From assembly GCA_045111455.1 (NCBI GenBank), contig JBGUGL010000053.1, positions 34,592 to 98,591 on the forward strand: a stretch of DNA of 64,000 nucleotides, written 5' to 3'. The notes below the pieces were generated by a model. That model had not been told where the DNA came from. It worked only from the letters and a program-made list of their open reading frames with translations, and did no database searches. How positions within the stretch are numbered: position 1 is the first letter of the stretch; every line of letters begins with the position of its first letter. This DNA comes from Christensenellales bacterium. GTDB taxonomy: Bacteria; Bacillota; Clostridia; Christensenellales; Aristaeellaceae. Positions 18,964 to 27,661 of the stretch are shown one piece after another. The translations under genes were made by a program, and so were the position numbers.

Positions 18964-19509
18964 TCAACCGGGGCGATCAGCGGCCTCTCCGCTTCCGTCA
19001 GGCCGGGATTCCTTCCTTCGCTGCGTTTTGCAGAGGAGCGGCTTTTCCATGCAGACGGCATCCTTTTCATCGCCGTACGGTGGGTATTTCTCACACACCG
19101 CATACCCGATTCTCCTGTAAAACCCGATTGCCGCGGCATTGCCTTCGCGGCACTCAAGCACCAGACGCCGGTACCCTATTGCCGCCGCGCGCGCTTCCAC
19201 CGCTGCCATCAAGGCGGTCCCGTAGCCTTTATGATTTCTGCGTGCAAACACGCGCTTGACCTCGCCGGTCCGGCTGGAAAGCAGCCGGACGCCGGCGCAG
19301 CAGACGGGTATGCCTCCGTCGTATCCGATAAGGAAGAAACCCCCGTCCCGGCTGAAATCGTCCATACAGACATGGGCCGTCCCGTTATGTCCCAGAATGC
19401 TGATGAGCGTTTCGTTCAGTTCTTCAAGAAGCGCCTGAGCATTCTGCCCGTTTATGTCCGATACGGCAAAAACAAGTTTGGCTTCTGCACCTGTCCTGTC
19501 CAGTCCCAT
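18964..19509 (-). CDS. GNAT N-acetyltransferase
   Basis: GEVKRVFAR..KGYGTALM..LEC..NAAAIGFYRRIGY; SD AAGGAGG. Confidence 0.82.
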   Translation of the reverse strand: MGLDRTGAEAKLVFAVSDINGQNAQALLEELNETLISILGHNGTAHVCMDDFSRDGGFFLIGYDGGIPVCCAGVRLLSSRTGEVKRVFARRNHKGYGTALMAAVEARAAAIGYRRLVLECREGNAAAIGFYRRIGYAVCEKYPPYGDEKDAVCMEKPLLCKTQRRKESRPDGSGEAADRPG

Positions 19510-19633
19510 ACCGTCCGTCCCTCCTTCACGGCACAATGAACTCCATCCATTCGGCATGATTGTATTTCATCCCCTCGTCAGCTATCTTCTTTTGCTGAGG
19601 TTGCAAGACTTGCTGCAGCACCAAAGCATTCCT

Positions 19634-20656
19634 TTATAATCTGTATTCCAGTTGGATATCAAAGGGCTCTGCTGCAGCCAGTTCCTCATTGATTTCTTCT
19701 GCGAAACTGCAGCCAAGTGCCCGGTATGCTGCCTGCGACTCTTTTGAGGAATGAGCCGAAATGTACAGTTTATCTGCACCCAGCCGCCGGGCTTCTTCAC
19801 ATACCATTGAGAAGAGTTTCTTACCGATGCCCTGACGCCGGTATTCCTCCGAAATCTGAAAGCATACCAGCTCTGCATAGCGTGCTGTGGCACCAAATAC
19901 ATGATGGGATACAGTCGCAAAACCTATGATCCGTTTCCCATCAAAAGCACCAAAGCCGGTCTGGTCAAGGTTTATATGATGTACCACATCTTCTGCAATT
20001 TTACGGCACTGCTCCTGCGACCAGTTTTCTTCATAGGCATTCGGCACAAGCTTCCAATCATTTCCTGTCTTTCTCCAACACTCTGTAACCATCTGGCGGC
20101 GGACAAAATCATCCAGTGAATGACCTGTGAAATTGTGATTGTCCAATTGTTTATATTGATATTTACTTCCAATACAGCCGGCAAGGTTCGTGACTTCACA
20201 GCCCTTGTCCGCGTAGTAGGCAAGCATTTCCGGTAACTTCTTCAGGTCATAGCTGGTCACACAATCGGAGATGACATGAACAGCATATCCAGCCTTTGTC
20301 ATGTTGAAGCAGGTAGATTTTACACAGGCCGTGGCATCGGCACCGGTAATGTAAAACTCCCTGATCCCTTTTGACCGGATGAATTCTGAAAACGCCTCGC
20401 TGGTCAAAGCGTTGGCCTTTGTCTTAACGAAAATATGATCCGAGACAATCCTGAGCTCCGGCACGGGTTCTGCTCCTTTTGTGCCCGGCTTGAAAGTGCG
20501 CGTACCGGCGGACAGGTTGTTGTGCTGGATATACACTATTTCCATGCCGCTTTCCGCCGCCCATCCGATGGCGGCATTCAGTTTGTCAATGATGTCCCTG
20601 TAGTGCCTGGTGATATCGTTCTGAATATCAATCACGACAAGTGCTTTTCTGTTCAT
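19634..20656 (-). CDS. Isochorismatase-family cysteine hydrolase fused to GNAT
   Basis: ALVVIDIQND..K..GADATACVKST (D-K-C triad), then YRRQGIGKKLF..LYISAHSSKESQAAYRALG. Confidence 0.8.
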   Translation of the reverse strand: MNRKALVVIDIQNDITRHYRDIIDKLNAAIGWAAESGMEIVYIQHNNLSAGTRTFKPGTKGAEPVPELRIVSDHIFVKTKANALTSEAFSEFIRSKGIREFYITGADATACVKSTCFNMTKAGYAVHVISDCVTSYDLKKLPEMLAYYADKGCEVTNLAGCIGSKYQYKQLDNHNFTGHSLDDFVRRQMVTECWRKTGNDWKLVPNAYEENWSQEQCRKIAEDVVHHINLDQTGFGAFDGKRIIGFATVSHHVFGATARYAELVCFQISEEYRRQGIGKKLFSMVCEEARRLGADKLYISAHSSKESQAAYRALGCSFAEEINEELAAAEPFDIQLEYRL

Positions 20657-20891
20657 TTCTTCTGACCTCTGTTTCCTGTCCGGTTTATGCTTCGATATCT
20701 TCCGTAATGGGTATGAGCCCGACTGTTTCGCTTCCCGCCAGGTCCTTGTTCAGCGGCCTGCTTCTGTCCTTGGTTTTCCGCTTTTCCGCAACTTTCCGCC
20801 ATGCGCCTGGTGAAAACAGCAGCATAATCAAACCCGTGACACAGAATCATTCCGGCGATTCCTTCCTGATTTAATGCCGTTCACTCTTTCT

Positions 20892-21803
20892 TTATCCTTC
20901 CGCGGCGCTGATGACAGCCTGCACTTCCTCCAGCCTTGGCGGATACAGCAGCAGCGGAAAACGGGAAACGGCCACAGCAGAGCAGGCGCTGGCAAACCGT
21001 ACCAGTTCTTCATCTGACATGCCGTGCAGCAAGCCATATACGCATCCCGCCTTGAAGGTATCGCCCGCACCCAGGGTGCTTTTCACTTTCACGGAAAAGG
21101 GCTTCATCCGATGAATATCTTCTCCTTTTCGCCCGTACAGCATATCGCCACCGCCCTGGGTGAGGACGGTGAGGCCTTCCGCCGTTTCCAGCATACGCTC
21201 CATGACGGCTTCCGGTTTTAAGTCCGCGTAATGCTGACTCGTGCATTCCCCGGATACCACATTCACTGCGGCATGCTGATGCAAGGCAGCATCATGGGGG
21301 CTGTCGATGGTCACGTAAGGGATGCCGTGCCTGCGGCAAATCTCCATGGCCAGCAGCGATTCGTTTCCGAAAAAGGGATCAATGGCCGCGGCTTTGCAGC
21401 CCGCGATATCCTTTTCCTGCGGAATGCTCCACCATCGCTTGCCGGTGGAAAACAAAGTCTGGAACCTGCCCATGGGAGAGCGGACCAGCCCGGCGATCAC
21501 CACATAATCCATCACGCCGGGATCATCTTCCCAGAGGAGCAGCGGGGATAAATCCACCTTCTTGTCCCTGTAAAACGCTTGCAGCATCGGCGCGACTTCC
21601 GTGCCGATCCAGGTGCCGTCCATACGGACGGATACCCCCAGAGAATCCAGAACCGTCGCTGCTGTGCCCGTTTCTCCGCCGGGGAGGAAGTACTGCGCTC
21701 CGATTTCCGCATACTCGTCCGGCTGCAAAAAGCCGCCCTTCAAAAGAAAGGAGTGAGTACCCAATACCTGGCCGAAAAGATATACATCCGGTTTTGTATT
21801 CAT
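20892..21803 (-). CDS. PfkB-family carbohydrate kinase
   Basis: PGGETG N-terminal motif; STLGAGDTFKAGCVYGLL PfkB signature. Confidence 0.88.
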   Translation of the reverse strand: MNTKPDVYLFGQVLGTHSFLLKGGFLQPDEYAEIGAQYFLPGGETGTAATVLDSLGVSVRMDGTWIGTEVAPMLQAFYRDKKVDLSPLLLWEDDPGVMDYVVIAGLVRSPMGRFQTLFSTGKRWWSIPQEKDIAGCKAAAIDPFFGNESLLAMEICRRHGIPYVTIDSPHDAALHQHAAVNVVSGECTSQHYADLKPEAVMERMLETAEGLTVLTQGGGDMLYGRKGEDIHRMKPFSVKVKSTLGAGDTFKAGCVYGLLHGMSDEELVRFASACSAVAVSRFPLLLYPPRLEEVQAVISAAEG

Positions 21804-22014
21804 TGATGGTTTCCTTCTTCCTGTCAAAGCAGTATCATGCTGCCTGCACCGTCAGGTTTTTTCCCGCATCTCCTTTTCAGTCAATGGCGGGTGGTAACGA
21901 TCCTGACAAAATCTGTCAGTTTCAATACGCCGTACATCAGCACCGGATCCCGGTGCGTCAGATTCGTCAGCTTTTCATCTTTTCTGCCCCGGAAAGCCGT
22001 TTTGTTCCTGCCGA

Positions 22015-22608
22015 TCATCTTTTTTCGTATGTTTTGATAAAATGCCGGCTGAAGGCTTCCGCCCGGGCAATCGCTTCTTCTGTTTTTTCAGGCTCCCGGT
22101 CGCACAGATGAATGAGTGCGGAGATCGGCGTCGAGTAGGCAAAGGCCAGCATTTCCGGATCGTCCCGGCGGAGCAGTCCTTTCTCCATCATTCCGGAAAA
22201 GATGTGCGTGAACATCTTCGTCAGCCCGGTTAGGAAGTGTTTCGTTGCCAGATTCCGTGCGCGCTCGTCCCGGTACTGCTCCAGGGTGAGCACTTTCCTC
22301 GTCTTCATGATCTGCTCGTCGTGGATCGTGAGATTCACCATCCGCATGGCCATGGACACGAAATCTTCCGGGGAATCCGGCACGGGCGGCAGATGCTCCG
22401 GAGAACCGAAGCGCTCCCCATAATAGGCGATCATCCTGTCCAGCAGGGCGTTCCAAATGGCTTCCTTGCTCTCAAAATGCTTGTAGATACCCGACTTGAC
22501 CAGTCCAAGGGATGCAGACAATTCCCGGATGTTGGTTCCCTCATATCCCTTTTGTGAGAACATCTCCAGCGCTGCAGTCAGGATTTTTTCCTTCGTGTCT
22601 TTAGCCAT
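22015..22608 (-). CDS. TetR/AcrR family regulator
   Basis: TKEKILTAALEMFSQKGYEGTNIRELS..IYKHFESKE. Confidence 0.92.
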   Translation of the reverse strand: MAKDTKEKILTAALEMFSQKGYEGTNIRELSASLGLVKSGIYKHFESKEAIWNALLDRMIAYYGERFGSPEHLPPVPDSPEDFVSMAMRMVNLTIHDEQIMKTRKVLTLEQYRDERARNLATKHFLTGLTKMFTHIFSGMMEKGLLRRDDPEMLAFAYSTPISALIHLCDREPEKTEEAIARAEAFSRHFIKTYEKR

Positions 22609-22627
22609 ACGCTCCTCCGCAAAAGTT

Positions 22628-22676
22628 AAGTGACCTTTCGTTCACTATAATAAGTGAACGAAAGGTCACTTGTCAA
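22628..22676 (-). promoter_or_regulatory. tetR promoter covered by a perfect 19-bp inverted repeat (tandem operators)
   Basis: AAGTGACCTTTCGTTCACT-ATAATA-AGTGAACGAAAGGTCACTT; minus-strand TTGACA at 22676-22671 and TATTAT at 22652-22647. Confidence 0.78.
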
Positions 22677-22837
22677 TCAAATGTGTTTGTATCCATCTGC
22701 CTGATGAGATTTCACAATTCATAATTCATAATGATGGATCGGTTCCAATCGTATTATATGTATATAAATCTGCTGCAGCCCCTTTTCCGGAAGAAGCTGT
22801 ACGTGTATACTGATACAAAAGGAAGGAGTGCGTTGAG

Positions 22838-23794
22838 ATGAACATGAAGGATTTCGGATTCTATCGGGGCGTAAACCTGGGCGGATGGTTCTCCCAGTGT
22901 GATTATTCCAAAGAACGGCTGGATCACTTTATAGAGGAAAAGGATATGGATGTGATCGCCGGATGGGGACTGGACCATGTGCGGCTCCCCATGGACTATA
23001 ACGTGCTGGAAACAGCGGAGGGGGAGCTCAGCAGGGATGGCTTTGACCGGATTGCCCGGGCAGTGGAATGGTGCCTGAAACGCGGTCTGAAGGTGGTACT
23101 GGACCTGCACAAGACCGCAGGCTATTCCTTTGACGCGGCCCATCAGGAAAGCGGCTTCTTCGGCAGCAAACCGTACCAGGAACGGTTCTACCGGCTGTGG
23201 GAAGGGCTGGCGGCACGCTTCAACGATCCTGAGAACATTGCCTTTGAACTGCTGAACGAGGTCACGGACTCTTCCGTGATCGGTGAGTGGAACCGGATTG
23301 CCGCGGAATGCATCCGCCGGATCCGGAAGATCGCGCCTGAAAGCCTGATCCTGGTGGGCAGCTACTGGAACAACAGCCCGGACGCGGTCAAAGACCTGGA
23401 CCTGCCGGCGGATGACCGGGTAATCTATAACTTCCACTGCTATGATCCGCTGGATTTCACCCACCAGGGGGCCACCTGGATTCCGGATCCGGCCTTTGAT
23501 ATCAACAGACGGGTTTCCTTTGAGGAAGCCGGCATTACGCCGGAATATTTCGAGCAGCGGTTTGCCTCCGCCATTGAAACGGCGGAAGCGCGCGGCGCTG
23601 CCTTATACTGCGGTGAATACGGCGTGATTGACCGGGCAACGCCGGAGGATACCGTCAGGTGGTACAGGGCTATCAACGCGGTGCTGGAGAAACACCGGAT
23701 TGCCCGCAGCGCCTGGTCCTACCGGCAGATGGATTTCGGCCTGAGCGACGAACGCCTGGACGGTGTGCGGGATGAACTGATCCGGTATCTCTGA
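22838..23794 (+). CDS. GH5 glycoside hydrolase (CelC/cellodextrinase-like, no signal peptide)
   Basis: GVNLGGWFSQ, DHVRLP, LDLH, FELLNEV, YNFHCY, LYCGEYGV. Confidence 0.9.
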   Translation: MNMKDFGFYRGVNLGGWFSQCDYSKERLDHFIEEKDMDVIAGWGLDHVRLPMDYNVLETAEGELSRDGFDRIARAVEWCLKRGLKVVLDLHKTAGYSFDAAHQESGFFGSKPYQERFYRLWEGLAARFNDPENIAFELLNEVTDSSVIGEWNRIAAECIRRIRKIAPESLILVGSYWNNSPDAVKDLDLPADDRVIYNFHCYDPLDFTHQGATWIPDPAFDINRRVSFEEAGITPEYFEQRFASAIETAEARGAALYCGEYGVIDRATPEDTVRWYRAINAVLEKHRIARSAWSYRQMDFGLSDERLDGVRDELIRYL

Positions 23795-23805
23795 TCTGCA
23801 TACAG

Positions 23806-23837
23806 AAAAAAACGCGGCAGCCGCCGCGTTTTTTTTG
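23806..23837. terminator. Bidirectional terminator
   Basis: A-tract, CGCGGC/GCCGCG stem, T-tract between convergent genes. Confidence 0.8.
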
Positions 23838-23863
23838 TCTGTCCGGATGACTCACGGAAGGGT

Positions 23864-25366
23864 TTATTTAACCAGCCAGGAATAAAGTGTCATTTCCCCG
23901 TCTGCGATCAGATACAGGTCATGGATGCCCTCCGCCCGGACCGGTGCGGTGAAGTTCCGGGGCTTCACGCCGGCCGGAAGCGCGATGCGGACCGTTGCGG
24001 CCACAGGGCCTTCCGGATCATCCAGCACCGCATAGAGGGTGCAGTCTGTGGGAGCCATGGCGGTGACGGTCAGGGAGGAGGCTTTTTCTCCGAAATCCAC
24101 GCCGGAAACCTGGATCCAGCTGCCGGCATTTCCGTGAATCCAGGACTGTCCGCTGGCGCCTTCCACACTGACGCCGGCCTGCCGGGCCATGGTGGCGGCG
24201 GACACCGTCCGGTACGGATTCAGGGGTTTGAGCTGACCGGGGCCTTTCATGGTTCCGGTTACCTGCTGCGGCAGGCCGTCCGCTCCGAAAACGATCCGGT
24301 CCGCCTGGGGGCTCCGGTAGTTGCCGGTGATGCCCATGGCTTTTTCCACAGGACGGTTGTGATAGAACAGATACCATTCCCCGTTCAGACAGGCAATGGA
24401 ATGATGATTGTTGCCGTACATGCCGAAGAAATGACCTTCGTTGGGGAAAAGTTCTCCCATATAGGTATAGGGGCCCATGGGGTGATCCGAAACCATATAC
24501 TGGATGGCGCCGTCCGTCAGGCCCAGGGTGTTGCCCGCTGTTTTGAAGTTGGAGCAGTAGGTATACCAGTATTTGTCCCCGACGCGGTTGATGCCGGAAT
24601 CCTCAAAAAGCCACGGTACATCCAGGCGGACAGGATCCCCGGCGAGGGAGATCATATCTTCACCGAGACGGACGATCCGGGCGGTTCCGGGAGCTTCAAA
24701 CCGGTCGCCCGGCACACCGCCGCCAAAGGCCAGGTAGCCGGTTCCGTCCTCATCCACCATGACGGCAGGATCGAACAGCCAGGTAACATCGGCACAGTTT
24801 TTGACGGCCCGGGTGATCAGCAGCCCGCCCCGCTCATCCCGCCAGGGACCCACCGGGCTGTCTGCGGAGAGCACACCGATGCCGTTTCCTCCATTGCAGA
24901 AATAAAGGAAAAACTTTTCCTGGCCGTCAATGTTTTTATGGGCGGCACAGGGAGCCCAGGAGTTGGCTGCCCACCGGGCAACACCGCCGGGGCCGGCAAC
25001 CCGGATCCGGCCGTGATCTGTCCAGTTGACCAGATCCTCCGAGGAGATGCAGTTGATGGAGCGGATCTGGCTGTAGGAGTTTTCCTTTACTTTTCCCGAA
25101 GCGTCATATTCAATGATGTCATCGGTCATATAGACGTAAAGACGGCCCTGATATTCCATGACACCCGGATCTGCGCCGAAACGCTGGGTGTAGAGGGGAT
25201 TGTTTTCGTGGGCTTTTTTATAGGACTGGTTCAGAATGACGGGCGCTTTGTTCATACCGGACTCTCCTTCGGCAAAAAAGATGGGAAACAGCAGAAATGA
25301 CAGAAAAAACGCCGTCCGAAGGATGCGGGACAGACGGCTCCGGACGGCGTTTATGACGGAATTCAT
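23864..25366 (-). CDS. GH43 arabinoxylan arabinofuranohydrolase (XynD-like) with C-terminal CBM6
   Basis: ADPGVM, SWAP, WLFDPAV, FEDSG, NNHHS; VSGVDFG..GIHDLY CBM6-like tail; hydrophobic N-terminus. Confidence 0.85.
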   Translation of the reverse strand: MNSVINAVRSRLSRILRTAFFLSFLLFPIFFAEGESGMNKAPVILNQSYKKAHENNPLYTQRFGADPGVMEYQGRLYVYMTDDIIEYDASGKVKENSYSQIRSINCISSEDLVNWTDHGRIRVAGPGGVARWAANSWAPCAAHKNIDGQEKFFLYFCNGGNGIGVLSADSPVGPWRDERGGLLITRAVKNCADVTWLFDPAVMVDEDGTGYLAFGGGVPGDRFEAPGTARIVRLGEDMISLAGDPVRLDVPWLFEDSGINRVGDKYWYTYCSNFKTAGNTLGLTDGAIQYMVSDHPMGPYTYMGELFPNEGHFFGMYGNNHHSIACLNGEWYLFYHNRPVEKAMGITGNYRSPQADRIVFGADGLPQQVTGTMKGPGQLKPLNPYRTVSAATMARQAGVSVEGASGQSWIHGNAGSWIQVSGVDFGEKASSLTVTAMAPTDCTLYAVLDDPEGPVAATVRIALPAGVKPRNFTAPVRAEGIHDLYLIADGEMTLYSWLVK

Positions 25367-26340
25367 GCTTCTTCGTAGGGGTGAATGGTATCAATGGTGC
25401 CGTCTTCATGGATGGTCAGTTCGGTAAACTTGACGCAACGGCGGTGATTGATTCCATTGGACAGTTCACAGTCGTGATAGAACAGGTACCATTTTCCTTT
25501 GTATTCCACAATGGAATGGTGGGTGGTCCAGCCCAGGACCGGTTCCATAATGCGGCCCTTATAGGTGAAGGGGCCGTCCGGCCGGTCACCTTCCGCGTAA
25601 ACCAGGTAGTGGGTGGTGCCGGTGGAGTAGGAAAGATAATACTTTCCGTTGAATTTATGCATCCAAGGCCCTTCGAAATAGCGGCGGTCCTCATCACCGG
25701 CGGTAAGGGGCCTGCCGTTTTCGTCCAGGATCTGCAGGTGCTTCGGTTCTGATTTAAAATGCTTCATATCCGCATCCAGTTCTGCGAACATGGGGCCGAT
25801 GGCAGGTTCATCGCCTTCCGGACGGTGAGCATCCGGATCAAAGCTGCCGCTCTGCCACATTTCCAGCTGGCCGCCCCAGAGACCGCCGTAATAGACGTAG
25901 GCACGGCCGTCATCGTCCATGAGCACAGCGGGGTCAATACTGTAGCTGCCGGGAATATAATCCTTTTCAGGGGTGAAGGGACCGGCGGGATCATCGGAGA
26001 CCGCGACGCCGAGACGGAAAATCCCGTCCTTGTCCCGGGCGGGGAAATAGAGGTAATACTTTCCGTCTTTGCAGGCAGCGTCCGGCGCCCACATCTGCTT
26101 GCTGACCCAGGGGACATCCTTCATATGGAGGGCACAGCCGTGATCCACACAGGGCGCATCCGGATTGTCCATGGACAGGATATGGTAGTCCTCCATGCGG
26201 TATTCATCACCGTCGTCGTTATCCTCACCGTCGTGGGGGATATCGTGGGAAGGATAGACGTAAATCTTTCCGTTAAACACATGGGCGGAGGGATCCGCGG
26301 TAAAAATATGGGATACCAGGGGCCTGCGCTGCTCACTCAC
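25363..26340 (-). CDS. GH43 beta-xylosidase/alpha-arabinofuranosidase
   Basis: TADPSAHVF, MWAPD, SIDPAV, GGLWGGQL, RRYFEGPWMHK, GWTTHHS; GTG start after AAGGAGG. Confidence 0.9.
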   Translation of the reverse strand: MSEQRRPLVSHIFTADPSAHVFNGKIYVYPSHDIPHDGEDNDDGDEYRMEDYHILSMDNPDAPCVDHGCALHMKDVPWVSKQMWAPDAACKDGKYYLYFPARDKDGIFRLGVAVSDDPAGPFTPEKDYIPGSYSIDPAVLMDDDGRAYVYYGGLWGGQLEMWQSGSFDPDAHRPEGDEPAIGPMFAELDADMKHFKSEPKHLQILDENGRPLTAGDEDRRYFEGPWMHKFNGKYYLSYSTGTTHYLVYAEGDRPDGPFTYKGRIMEPVLGWTTHHSIVEYKGKWYLFYHDCELSNGINHRRCVKFTELTIHEDGTIDTIHPYEEA

Positions 26341-26504
26341 TACAGTGCCCTCCTTTGATGTAATCTGAATAGTTACATTATACAGGAAACGGGCCGAATG
26401 GTAAAGCAGTACGAACAAATCTTTTTGGGAATCTGATGATATTGAATTTGATCGGGTTACATGAGATAATACCGAAGTAACTGATCTGAACGGAGAGGAA
26501 TCAC

Positions 26505-27278
26505 ATGCTGAACCAGTTTTCCAGAACACAGCTGCTGCTGGGACCCGAGGCAATGGAACATCTTGCGGAATGCCGCGTGGCGGTTTTCGGGGTCGGAGGT
26601 GTGGGCGGTTACACGGTGGAAGCGCTGGCCCGGTCGGGTATCGGCGCGCTGGACCTGATTGATGATGACAAGGTCTGCCTGACCAACCTGAACCGCCAGC
26701 TGCATGCCACCCGCAGCACGGTGGGAAAATACAAGGTGGACGTGGCGGAAGCGCGGATCCTGGAAATCAATCCGGAGTGCCGGGTGACAACTTATAAAAC
26801 TTTCTACCTGCCGGAAACCCGGGACCAGTTTGATTTCACACAGTATGACTACGTGGTGGACGCCATTGACACGGTGAAGGGAAAACTGGCGCTGGTGGAG
26901 CAGGCAAACGCGGCGGGCACGCCGATTATCTGCGCCATGGGGGCCGGAAACAAACTGGATCCCACGGCTTTCCGGGTGGCGGATATCTACCAGACCTCCG
27001 TATGCCCGCTGGCCCGGGTGATGCGCTCTGAATGCCGGAAAAGGGGAATCAAACACCTGAAGGTTGTTTATTCAAAGGAAGTGCCGGTCAGGCCCCTGGA
27101 GGATCCCTCCATCAGCTGCAGGAAGCACTGCATCTGTCCGCCGGGTACCCGGAAGTGCACAGTCCGCAGGGATATTCCCGGCTCCACCGCATTTGTGCCG
27201 GCGGTGGCAGGACTGATTATTGCCGGCGAAGTGGTGAAGGATCTGAGCCGGGATTATATGCCGGTATTAGAAAAATGA
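26505..27278 (+). CDS. tcdA: tRNA threonylcarbamoyladenosine dehydratase
   Basis: FSRTQLLLG, GVGGVGG, TNLNRQ, MGAGNKLDP, CPLARVMR, VYSKE, PGSTAFVP. Confidence 0.92.
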   Translation: MLNQFSRTQLLLGPEAMEHLAECRVAVFGVGGVGGYTVEALARSGIGALDLIDDDKVCLTNLNRQLHATRSTVGKYKVDVAEARILEINPECRVTTYKTFYLPETRDQFDFTQYDYVVDAIDTVKGKLALVEQANAAGTPIICAMGAGNKLDPTAFRVADIYQTSVCPLARVMRSECRKRGIKHLKVVYSKEVPVRPLEDPSISCRKHCICPPGTRKCTVRRDIPGSTAFVPAVAGLIIAGEVVKDLSRDYMPVLEK

Positions 27279-27317
27279 CAAAATAAAAAAATTTTTTACA
27301 AAATTATTAAAAAAGTG

Positions 27318-27346
27318 TTGACAAACGAAATAAATTATGTAATAAT
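27318..27346 (+). promoter_or_regulatory. Strong-looking sigmaA promoter with AT-rich UP element
   Basis: TTGACA at 27318, TG-T-AATAAT at 27338-27346, A/T tracts 27280-27315. Confidence 0.75.
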
Positions 27347-27352
27347 GTAGCC

Positions 27353-27602
27353 AGCAAGAGAGAGATAAGTAAACAGTGAAGATAAACAGGAGGTGGAAGC
27401 AGAGCGGAGAGACCCCGGAAAGGTAACAGGAATCACGTACGCGGCTGCGCAGTGACAGCCGGAGGCGCTCAAGGCAAGATGGTTGATCCGGAGCGGCAAA
27501 GGCGGTACGGGACGCAGCAGTTCTTCCGGAGCGGAAGCGACAGCGGTTTAATTGATACAGACTTTTACCCTTGCCGGGTTCGCCGGCAAGGGATCTTTTT
27601 TT
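27353..27602 (+). ncRNA. Candidate standalone ncRNA (~250 nt), family not recognised
   Basis: Own promoter and terminator, no credible ORF, purine-rich, several hairpins and about ten GGA motifs; next gene is convergent. Confidence 0.6.
27568..27602 (+). terminator. Intrinsic terminator of candidate ncRNA
   Basis: CCCTTGCCGG-GTTCG-CCGGCAAGGG followed by ATCTTTTTTT. Confidence 0.82.
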
Positions 27603-27611
27603 GCTTCAGCA

Positions 27612-27648
27612 CAAAAAGAGGAAGGCCCGGGATGGCCTTCCTCTTTTG
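27612..27648 (-). terminator. Terminator of MATE-GH10 transcript
   Basis: AAAAGAGGAAGGCC/GGCCTTCCTCTTTT inverted repeat. Confidence 0.8.
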
Positions 27649-27661
27649 ACAGATAAATGTT

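Noticed and set aside
15377-22608. Integron cassette array or prophage
   Set aside because: No integrase, attC-like repeats or phage genes seen
27452-27649. 65-aa ORF in the ncRNA candidate
   Set aside because: No SD, runs through two terminators, no protein-like features
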